From Candidatus Methylomirabilia bacterium (GTDB taxonomy: Bacteria; Methylomirabilota; Methylomirabilia; Rokubacteriales; CSP1-6), in the NCBI GenBank assembly GCA_046758965.1, contig JBHIBG010000050.1:1-18439 (forward strand): DNA of 18,439 nucleotides, in the 5' to 3' direction. This document shows positions 1 to 7,308 of the stretch, piece after piece (within the stretch, counting starts at the first letter, position 1; each line of letters starts with the position of its first letter). The translations under genes were made by a program, and so were the position numbers. The notes beneath the pieces are model-generated. The model had not been told where the DNA came from. It saw only the letters and a list, made by a program, of their open reading frames with translations, and made no database searches.

Positions 1-800
1 GGAACGCTCGAGCCCCCGAGCGTCTTCGGCCCTTCGGCCGCGGGAGCCGGAGCTGATGGCGCGCGCGAAGGAAGCGTTGGAAGATCTCCGGACTCGGACA
101 GAGACTCGGCCAGCATCTTCACCGCCTTTACCTCGGAGCCAGACCGGGCAGGCACCGGACCTTGGCTCGGCTCTACCTGAACCGGGCCTCTCTCGCGAGC
201 TGGCGCCGGCGGTGCGGTCACCTCCCGCGGACCCGAGGCCTTCGTCTCAGGCGCCAGTTGAGCCGGCTGCGTCCGAAGCTTGTCGGCCCGAGTCAAGGAC
301 TCCGCCAGCGCTTTGACATCCTCGGTCTCTGAGCTAAACCGCGCAGCCACCGGAACCTCCGCCGGCCCCACCGGGGCCAACGCCCGCTCTCCAGCAGCCG
401 TCGATGGCGCCACGACCTTCCGCGGACCGGGAATGTCGGCGGCCTTGCTGGCGGCTGACGGAGCCGCGGGAACGGGGCGTTTTGCCGCCGGAGGCCGGCG
501 ACGGACCGGCTTGGCGATCTTCGCCAGGTTGACCCGCCCACCGCCACCTCCCCCCTTGGTCTCACGCTTCTCGGAGATGGGCGCGGTCTCCGGCGGGAGG
601 ACGAAGTCCACCACGCGGATGACGAGCCGCTCTTCCTGGCTGGTCAGTGAGAAGGTGAGAAGGAGCCACGGAGAGAGCACAGCAAAGACGAAGTGAAGAA
701 CCGTTGAGAGGCCGAGGAACCGTCCGATCTGCGACCCCTGGGCAAAGGCCCAGCTCTGCTGAATCAGCTCTTCCTCCGGCTTCCAAAACAGCTGACTCAT
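1..800 (-). CDS. TonB/TolA-like energy transducer (N-terminal TM anchor plus Pro/Ala-rich linker); partial, runs off the left edge
   Basis: Not in the ORF track. ATG at 800-798 overlaps the exbD TGA (ATGA). Manual translation MSQLFWKPEEELIQQSWAFAQGSQIGRFLGLSTVLHFVFAVLSPWLLLTFSL... has the TonB/TolA-type S-x3-H TM motif (STVLH), then a long Pro/Ala/Lys-rich region with no stop to position 3. It lies directly after exbB-exbD. The C-terminal domain is not visible. Confidence 0.75.
   Translation of the reverse strand, partial: MSQLFWKPEEELIQQSWAFAQGSQIGRFLGLSTVLHFVFAVLSPWLLLTFSLTSQEERLVIRVVDFVLPPETAPISEKRETKGGGGGGRVNLAKIAKPVRRRPPAAKRPVPAAPSAASKAADIPGPRKVVAPSTAAGERALAPVGPAEVPVAARFSSETEDVKALAESLTRADKLRTQPAQLAPETKASGPREVTAPPAPARERGPVQVEPSQGPVPARSGSEVKAVKMLAESLSESGDLPTLPSRAPSAPAPAAEGPKTLGGSSV
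30..428 (-). repeat. ~65-aa degenerate tandem repeats in the TonB-like linker
   Basis: GPRKVVAPSTAAGERALAPVGPAEVPVAARFSSETEDVKALAESL (starts 428) versus GPREVTAPPAPARERGPVQVEPSQGPVPARSGSEVKAVKMLAESL (starts 233), period 195 nt. A third GPK begins at 32. Confidence 0.7.
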
Positions 801-1219
801 CGTCGCTCGGGATATCGCGTGGCGACGCCGATCTTCATGGCGCCGGCTCGTCGCGAGATATCCATGATTTGCACCAGCGTCCTGAGGATGACGCGCTCGT
901 CTCCCCGGATGGTCACGATCCGCTCGCTCCCCTCGGTAAAGGCCGACCGGAGGGCCTCGCCCAGCTTGGCGAGCGTGGTCGCCCGGTCGTTGACGTAGAG
1001 CGAGCCATCGGCGGCAGCGGTGATCATCACCCCCCGGGTCTGGCTGGTGGCCGTGTGCGAGCGCGGGAGATTCACATTGAGCCCGGCTTGCATGAGCGCG
1101 GTGCTGGTCACCATGAAGATGATCAGCAGGACGAGGAAAACGTCGGTCAGCGGTGTGACGTTGATCTCCGCCACGACCTCATCGCGCTCCGCCTCATCGA
1201 GCAGCGGCGACATCGCCAT
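797..1219 (-). CDS. exbD: ExbD/TolR family biopolymer transport protein
   Basis: EINVTPLTDVFLVLLIIFMVT (conserved TM Asp), VNLP, IRGDERV...VQIMD...AG; adjacent to ExbB/TolQ. Confidence 0.93.
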   Translation of the reverse strand: MAMSPLLDEAERDEVVAEINVTPLTDVFLVLLIIFMVTSTALMQAGLNVNLPRSHTATSQTRGVMITAAADGSLYVNDRATTLAKLGEALRSAFTEGSERIVTIRGDERVILRTLVQIMDISRRAGAMKIGVATRYPERR

Positions 1220-1844
1220 AGGGCAGCTCCTTTTCAGCCTGATACTGGCTCAGTTCGTCGATGCGGAAACGGAGGAAGGTCCCGAAGGAGTTGATCAGCG
1301 TCACGAACCAGTTGTAAGCCGCCAGCGCCACGATCGCCACGACGAGCCCGGCGGCCGTGGCGATGAGGGCTTCGGAGATCCCGGCCGCGACCACGGCGAA
1401 CCCGCCCTGCCCGGTGATCGCCATGCTCTGGAACGAGCGAACGATCCCGAGCACCGTGCCAAAGAGGCCGATGAACGGGGCCAGCGAGCCCACGGTCCCG
1501 AGGATCCAGAGGTGGCGCTTCAAGCCGTGGAGCAGCTCTTGGCGCTTCCGGTCCGTCTCTTTGAGGGCCAGCCCGCCGTTGCCAGGGCGCAGCAAGGCGG
1601 GCATGAACACCTCCGCCACCGGGGTCTGAGCGGTCTTCAGAATCATCCGAGCTTCATCCAGCTCCATTCGGCTGACCCGGGCGAGCAGGGCCGTGGTCAG
1701 CGACTTTCCCGGGCGGATCACCTTCCAGAGGATCCATGCCCGCTCGCAGATCACGGCGAGGCTCAGAATCGAGCAGAGGACCAGGGGGTACATCGCCATC
1801 CCGCCCTGCCGGATCAATTCGAAGATGCTCAGCGTCGGTTCCAT
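1194..1844 (-). CDS. exbB: MotA/TolQ/ExbB proton channel family protein
   Basis: GG..MYPL N-terminal TM; LGTVGSLAPFIGLFGTVLGI and AGISEALIATAAGLVVAI signature helices; overlaps exbD by 26 nt. Confidence 0.93.
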   Translation of the reverse strand: MEPTLSIFELIRQGGMAMYPLVLCSILSLAVICERAWILWKVIRPGKSLTTALLARVSRMELDEARMILKTAQTPVAEVFMPALLRPGNGGLALKETDRKRQELLHGLKRHLWILGTVGSLAPFIGLFGTVLGIVRSFQSMAITGQGGFAVVAAGISEALIATAAGLVVAIVALAAYNWFVTLINSFGTFLRFRIDELSQYQAEKELPYGDVAAAR

Positions 1845-1866
1845 GCTCTCTTCCGATCCTCGTGCA

Positions 1867-3030
1867 TTACCGGGTCGGGGCGAGCGACTCGATCTTCAGA
1901 TCGAGTCGCTTGTCGCGCGGCCGAGGTTGTTCGATATGGATTTCCAGCGTCCGCTCCGGCTCCCTGGCCACCTCGACCCTCACGTCCTCTCGCCGGTAGT
2001 GAAGCACGATGGTGGCGCGTGCCTGGCGATTGTCGCTCCCGTGCAACTCCACCACAAGCTGATTCCCACCTGAGACCAGGGGGACTTCGGCGGTGAACAC
2101 ACCCTCAGCCGACACCGTCAGGCTCCGCGCCATCTGGCCGGTCGTCAGGTTCCGGACCGCCACGAGGTCGACGTTGCCGATGCGGGTCGTGGGGAGAATG
2201 TTCACGATCTCTCCGGGAGTCTCCACGGGGGTCGGGAGGCCGCCGGTGACCAGAGCCACCTCCGTGCAAGCGCGCGGCGCCGAGAGCGCCTCGGGCCCCA
2301 AACAGAAGGTGTGAATCAGGATCCCGCCCTTTGCAGCGACCCGCGCAGTATTGATGGTGACGTCCTCGTCTCCCAAATCCATATCGTTAACAGAGCCGAA
2401 CGGAAGCGTGGGAAATCCGTCTGTCAGGAGGAGCGCCACCTTCCGAGCGGCCGGACGCGGTCGACTCAGCGCGCCTTGAAGGGATCGTAGCTCTCGGATG
2501 GCCAGGCGGAGGCCCGCGGCCATGTCGGTCCCGCCCGTCGAACCGCGCCGCATGATGTCGAGCAGCACGGTGCGGACCGCCTCGTAATCGGAGGTCAGGG
2601 GCTGCCTGACCCAGGCGTTGACGCTTCCTGGAACGCCAAGCCCGGTGAAAGCCTGGTGGGCTCCGGCAAAGGTGATGATCCCGACCCGCGTCGTTCTCCG
2701 GTCCAAAACCCCCAAAAACTGATTGACCGCCCCGACTTCCGCGCTCAGGATTGAGTCGCGTCCGCCTTGAAGCAATCCGAAAGATCGAGAGTTGAGACCT
2801 GAGGGGTTTCGCGTGCTTCCGGAGGTATCCATGACGATCATCACGTCAAAAGTCGCCGGTCGGGGGTCGGGGCTGCGAGCCCGGCCAGTGACCTTGACCC
2901 ATGGCTCGCCTCTGATCACCGCGCCATCGGGTGGCTCCATGAAGTAGACTTCTGGCCCATTCTGGGCCGATGCAGCCGTCGTCCCAAGCACGATCAGGAG
3001 CGCGACGACGCAGGTGACCCGCGTCATCAC
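1867..3030 (-). CDS. Secreted VWA (MIDAS) domain protein with flanking Ig-like beta segments
   Basis: Signal peptide ending AASA|Q; complete MIDAS motifs DTSGS, GGTDM, LLTDG; RVGIITF; ATGA overlap with the upstream gene stop. Confidence 0.88.
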   Translation of the reverse strand: MMTRVTCVVALLIVLGTTAASAQNGPEVYFMEPPDGAVIRGEPWVKVTGRARSPDPRPATFDVMIVMDTSGSTRNPSGLNSRSFGLLQGGRDSILSAEVGAVNQFLGVLDRRTTRVGIITFAGAHQAFTGLGVPGSVNAWVRQPLTSDYEAVRTVLLDIMRRGSTGGTDMAAGLRLAIRELRSLQGALSRPRPAARKVALLLTDGFPTLPFGSVNDMDLGDEDVTINTARVAAKGGILIHTFCLGPEALSAPRACTEVALVTGGLPTPVETPGEIVNILPTTRIGNVDLVAVRNLTTGQMARSLTVSAEGVFTAEVPLVSGGNQLVVELHGSDNRQARATIVLHYRREDVRVEVAREPERTLEIHIEQPRPRDKRLDLKIESLAPTR

Positions 3031-4427
3031 TTCTCCCCCCCTGTGGGCTCCCGCTCAGATACGAGGGGGACGCGCTTGAAGAAATCGTCTCCCAGCTCGT
3101 AGACTTCCCGTCGGGCCAGCGTGCCGCTCTGATAGTAAGAGACAGCCACCACTTCCCCGTGCTCCCCGATCTCCTCCTCCCGAAGCACGGTCCCCCGTTT
3201 GGGGTCGAAGTAGCGCCAGGCCACCACCCGGCCATCGCTATCCCTCCGACCCTGCTTCACCAGCTGCCTCTCCGCATCAAAGATCGACACGAGGTCGAGC
3301 CGCCCCCTCCCACTCGAGTCCTCCTCCTTCTTCCGTATTCTGCCGTCCCGATAGGTCTGGCGCGCCTGAAGCTGGCCGCCGGGCTCGCGCCGCCACTCCT
3401 CCCTTACCACCTTCCCTTCCTCGTAGAACTGGGTGAGCGATCGCCGGGGATCCACCAGGGACTTCAGGCGAACAAGCTCGCCCTCCGGGCCGTAGAACGC
3501 CCAAAGATCCACGCCGCCATCGCCATCGGTGTCAGCCTCTTTCCGCTCGGCCCTGCCGTTCATGTAATAGGTCCATGTGTCGATCCGGCCGTCGAGCTGA
3601 GAGGACTCCTCGCGCCGAGCGGGCCGGCCATCGGACCCGTAGTGCACGATGACATCGGGCCTGCCGTCATCGTCCAGGTCTCTCTCGCGCCGCACCAAGC
3701 GCTCCTCTTCGTAAATCGCTCTGAACCCCCCACGATCGATGCGGGCCGGCGGTACCCGGGCGAGCGACGGGCCCCGGGCAGGGGCTGGCGATCCGGGCTG
3801 TCGCGCCGGGGGGACTCGCGATTCAGGCACCGGAGCAGGGGCGGATGGTGCGAGGTGATCCGTGACCACGATCACACCGGGCTCCGAGAGTTCGGCAGCC
3901 CCCGCCCTCCCTGGCAGGGCTCGCTGCTCGTCGAGATGGTCTTTGACGATGATGACGCCGCGCTCGGGAATAGCAGGTGAGACGGGGGCCGTAGCAGCCG
4001 GGGCTGCTCCACCTCGCTGGGCCACGATCTGGCGCTCGAGCTGTTGATCGAGTTTCTTCTGCCGATCAGCCTCCAACCGAGCCTGTTGCTCCATCTTCTT
4101 CCTCGCAGAGAGCCCATGAAAATAGCCCACAACCGCACCGATCCCAGACCCGATGGGGCCTCCTGCCGAGCCCAGGATGAACCCCATCATGACAGAGTTC
4201 GTGACCGGATCGGTCGTAGTCGGGCTGACTGTGCCTCCTACTCTGACTCCCCCGGTGCCGACACCGATGCCGATGGCCCCCCGGGAAGGCGAAGGGCGGG
4301 CGCGACGGGAAGCCGGAGCAGGTGACTGGGATGACCCACCAGCGGAGCCGCTGGTGGCACACCCTCCGAGGAGCAGCAGCGTCACCAGCATCGAAGCGAG
4401 GACACGCCTACTCCGATCCGTTTTCAT
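3027..4427 (-). CDS. Lipoprotein: glycine zipper, coiled segment, Pro-rich linker, C-terminal beta repeats with DxDxDG-like motifs
   Basis: Start moved to ATG 4427 (GAGGGGG RBS upstream); lipobox LLGGC; GFILGSAGGPIGSGIGAVVG; repeats DLDDDGRPDV, SSQLDGRIDTW, DTDGDGGVDLW, DSSGRGRLDLV. Confidence 0.8.
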   Translation of the reverse strand: MKTDRSRRVLASMLVTLLLLGGCATSGSAGGSSQSPAPASRRARPSPSRGAIGIGVGTGGVRVGGTVSPTTTDPVTNSVMMGFILGSAGGPIGSGIGAVVGYFHGLSARKKMEQQARLEADRQKKLDQQLERQIVAQRGGAAPAATAPVSPAIPERGVIIVKDHLDEQRALPGRAGAAELSEPGVIVVTDHLAPSAPAPVPESRVPPARQPGSPAPARGPSLARVPPARIDRGGFRAIYEEERLVRRERDLDDDGRPDVIVHYGSDGRPARREESSQLDGRIDTWTYYMNGRAERKEADTDGDGGVDLWAFYGPEGELVRLKSLVDPRRSLTQFYEEGKVVREEWRREPGGQLQARQTYRDGRIRKKEEDSSGRGRLDLVSIFDAERQLVKQGRRDSDGRVVAWRYFDPKRGTVLREEEIGEHGEVVAVSYYQSGTLARREVYELGDDFFKRVPLVSEREPTGGEK

Positions 4428-4632
4428 ATGGAACCCCCTCGGAGTAAGGGCGACGGCACACACGGCCAGCCCCTGAGCGGCGAGCGCCTCTCGCGGGGGT
4501 GCCGGGGAGCCGCCGGAGAGCAGACTGGGAGGCGCTGATCCGGCGCTCCCCCTTGCCCCACGTTGCCTCGGGCTCCCTCCCGCGCCCTCATTTCAGGGCG
4601 ACAGCCTGGCCGAGCCGAACGGAGGAAGGACG

Positions 4633-5235
4633 CTACCGGAAGTCGGTAGTGTGAAACTTCAGGAACCAGCCCGGCCGACGCGGGTCGATCTGGATCGTCT
4701 TGTCAAACCGGCCCACGAGCCTTTCCCCGTACTGGGTGGTTACAAGCGCCCGGGCGATGATCCGATAGGTGCCGATATCCAGGCTCCACGGGACCACCGC
4801 GTTGGGGTTCAGGACGACCGGTGTCGTCGCCTCCAGGTCGTTCGGGTCGGGATTGACATAGACCCGAACGATCCACGACGTGGTATTGATAAACTCGCCC
4901 GTCGTGGGGTCGCCCGCGGACCTCCGAGCCACCGCTGTGCCGGGCGGTGGTGAAGCCTCCGCGACGGGCGGAGGCGGTGGGGGAGCCGAGACGCCCCGCT
5001 CGCGCTCCACCTTCTGCGTTTGGTCACCCAGCAAGGCCCCGCCCAACGCCCCGATCGCTCCCCCGATCAGCGCACCGGTTCCTGCCTTCCCGCCCGAAGC
5101 AGCCCCAATGATGGCGCCAGTCCCGGCGCCAAGAGCCGCACCGCCCAGCGCCGTCTTTTCGCGGGTCGTCATGGGCCCGCTGGCGCACCCGATAAGGATC
5201 AGGACCGCCATAACCGTACCGATTACTTCCCTCAT
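4633..5235 (-). CDS. Glycine-zipper lipoprotein with Pro linker and C-terminal beta-sandwich-like domain
   Basis: Start moved to ATG 5235 (AGGGGAGGGGAG RBS); lipobox LIGC; GGAALGAGTGAIIGAASGGKAGTGALIGGAIGALGGALLG; PPPPPP linker. Confidence 0.85.
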   Translation of the reverse strand: MREVIGTVMAVLILIGCASGPMTTREKTALGGAALGAGTGAIIGAASGGKAGTGALIGGAIGALGGALLGDQTQKVERERGVSAPPPPPPVAEASPPPGTAVARRSAGDPTTGEFINTTSWIVRVYVNPDPNDLEATTPVVLNPNAVVPWSLDIGTYRIIARALVTTQYGERLVGRFDKTIQIDPRRPGWFLKFHTTDFR

Positions 5236-5336
5236 CGCTCCCCTCCCCCTTCTGGTGACCGTCTGGCCCAGTCCGACCAGCATGAACGACCGAACGCGGG
5301 CCCTCGGTCAGTTACATCAGGACCTTTATCGTTCAT

Positions 5337-5365
5337 ACCATACTCCCGCGATAGAAGCACGGCAA
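5337..5365 (-). promoter_or_regulatory. Putative sigma70-type promoter for the lipoprotein-VWA-exbBD-tonB genes
   Basis: Minus strand TTGCCG (5365-5360), 17 nt, TATGGT (5342-5337); about 100 nt upstream of ATG 5235 and downstream of the porin hairpins. Confidence 0.4.
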
Positions 5366-5452
5366 GATCGATCCGGGAAGCCCCGGACGGAACCGCCGGA
5401 CCCGACCTTCGCGCCTTCCTGAGGGGGGGGATCGAGTGCCCCCTCACGACTG

Positions 5453-5491
5453 AAACGACACAGGGCCCCAGTCATGAGCCGGGGCCCTGTG
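5453..5491 (-). terminator. Hairpin after the porin gene, possible intrinsic terminator or 3' stabiliser
   Basis: Perfect 11-bp stem CACAGGGCCCC (5459-5469) / GGGGCCCTGTG (5481-5491), followed on the minus strand by a weak tail UCGUUUC. A second 8-bp stem lies at 5420-5446. Confidence 0.55.
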
Positions 5492-5554
5492 CACGCCGGC
5501 AGCCCGCCAGGAGGCGGTAGGACCGACGGACCACCGCGCGATCGGATCGTACGC

Positions 5555-7243
5555 TCAGAAGAACGCGAAGAACCCGACGCCGCTCACGATGGCGGTGCTG
5601 TCGTCTCCAGCGATCTGCTCCGCGCCGTCCCCGGGGAAGAAGACGCTCAAGAACGGCCTGAACTGGTACTGCGGTTGGGGCTTGTAGATCACCACGATGT
5701 TGAACTCACCTCCGATCGACTCATCCACGTCGGTGAGGCCGAAGGCGCCGAACTCCGCCTCGACCGGCTCAGTTTTGTGAAACTGGAAGTAGTTCCCGAC
5801 GAGGTGGAAAGCCCACTTCGGGTCCCAGGAGCCTTGAAGCCCACCCGAGATCTTGATGTAGCCCGGGTTGTCCCCCTTCCCGAAGCGGTTGTTGAAGAAG
5901 CTCGTGCCAGGCAACGTTCCGCCCTCGGTGATGCCCCCGATGGTGGGGCCGGTGCCCCGGCCGTCAACGGCGAAGCCGAAGTCAGCGGTCCCGTCACCCA
6001 GGATTGGCGAGCCGAACCCCATGGTGGTCTTGCGTAGCAGGGGGAAATCGTTGCGCCGGAGGCCGTTCGGGGCCGAGGGAGAGACATACCCCTCCAGATC
6101 GTTGTCGAAGGGATCGTCGTCGCCGCTGACCATCTCAGCCGAGACAAACGGGATCACACCTCTCAGCGGCCACCAGGGTTCCTTGCTAAAGTCGAAGTCG
6201 AGGCGGACGTACCAGGCATACGAGTTGATATCGAACTCCTCGAACCCGAAGGGACAGAACTCGTTGGGGCTCACTGGGTTACAAGCGCCCGTCTTCGTCC
6301 GGTCGATGAGGCCGCTGACCGTCCCCGTGAAGTAGACGAACTCAGCACTCGGGCGGATCATGCCGTAGCTCCCCGTGCCCGCGACACCAAGGTAAAAGCT
6401 CTCCTGATTCTGCTGGATGTCGCCCAGGTCCACCTTGAGCGGGTCAGGCCCCGGAGCGGCCGCGCGCAACACGCCGTTAGGTCCGACCAGGTTGAGGCGG
6501 GTCTGCCCCGTCCCGGTCTGGGGGCTATCCCTCAGGTAGGCGAGAAAGAACGGCTCGATGTGGAACCGGCCTGCGGCGTGCTTCGCATCATAGCCGACCT
6601 TCGCGCTGAACATATTGACATCGTCTTCCCTGTCCTCGAAGAGGCTGACCCGATTCGTCTGAGCAAAGCCTCCAGTTCCGGCAGAGCCGCCGAACTCCAG
6701 CCGCTTGTGCCAGGCCGCCTGCCACGACCACGGCCCGGCCCCGCCCTTGACCCAGATCCCCGGGTCGTCGTCGATGTAAACGAGACCGCCGATCGGGTCG
6801 AGCGCGTAGATATCGGCGCCGACGGTAAAGGTCGAACTGATCTCGGGGAGGAGCAGGGAGAGGTTGATCCGCTCGATGTTGGGGAGGTTGCCATCGATGA
6901 CCCGCTCGTCGAGCGTCCCGTCCATCTCGATGGCAGTGTAGAGCGAGACCCGGTCCTTCGTGGCGGTGAAGAACAGGCGGCTCTCAACCCCGATGAGGCT
7001 GTCGTTGTCGCCGAAGGACCCGAACTCCGTGAGCGTCTGGTAATTCGTGTTTTCGTTGAAGTCGAGATCCTGCACGAACATCGGCTGGAAGTCGAGGCTC
7101 GTCCCGAACTTGAAGTTGACGCCGCCTGGCGTGGTGAACTCCACCGACCCCGGCCCCGCAGGCTTGATCGTCTGAGCCAGGGCGGGCGTCGCGGCGAGCA
7201 TCACCAGCAAGCACCCGCATAGCACTTCTCTTGACCGTTTCAT
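5555..7243 (-). CDS. Outer-membrane beta-barrel protein (alginate-export/AlgE-like porin)
   Basis: Signal peptide ending PALA|Q; amphipathic aromatic-rich strands; SGDDDPFDND loop; IGGEFNIVVIYK...FLSVFFPGD; C-terminal Phe (GVGFFAFF); GGAGGGAG RBS. Confidence 0.8.
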   Translation of the reverse strand: MKRSREVLCGCLLVMLAATPALAQTIKPAGPGSVEFTTPGGVNFKFGTSLDFQPMFVQDLDFNENTNYQTLTEFGSFGDNDSLIGVESRLFFTATKDRVSLYTAIEMDGTLDERVIDGNLPNIERINLSLLLPEISSTFTVGADIYALDPIGGLVYIDDDPGIWVKGGAGPWSWQAAWHKRLEFGGSAGTGGFAQTNRVSLFEDREDDVNMFSAKVGYDAKHAAGRFHIEPFFLAYLRDSPQTGTGQTRLNLVGPNGVLRAAAPGPDPLKVDLGDIQQNQESFYLGVAGTGSYGMIRPSAEFVYFTGTVSGLIDRTKTGACNPVSPNEFCPFGFEEFDINSYAWYVRLDFDFSKEPWWPLRGVIPFVSAEMVSGDDDPFDNDLEGYVSPSAPNGLRRNDFPLLRKTTMGFGSPILGDGTADFGFAVDGRGTGPTIGGITEGGTLPGTSFFNNRFGKGDNPGYIKISGGLQGSWDPKWAFHLVGNYFQFHKTEPVEAEFGAFGLTDVDESIGGEFNIVVIYKPQPQYQFRPFLSVFFPGDGAEQIAGDDSTAIVSGVGFFAFF

Positions 7244-7308
7244 GCTCCCTCCGCTCTGTTTCGTTGACTCGGGTGAAAGAGGTACGTCTGTCGTCGGCTA
7301 AGTCCGAT

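Noticed and set aside
4428..4632. GC-rich intergenic region with small hairpins, possible riboswitch
   Set aside because: Stems of 6-8 bp are expected at this GC content and no aptamer consensus was recognised.
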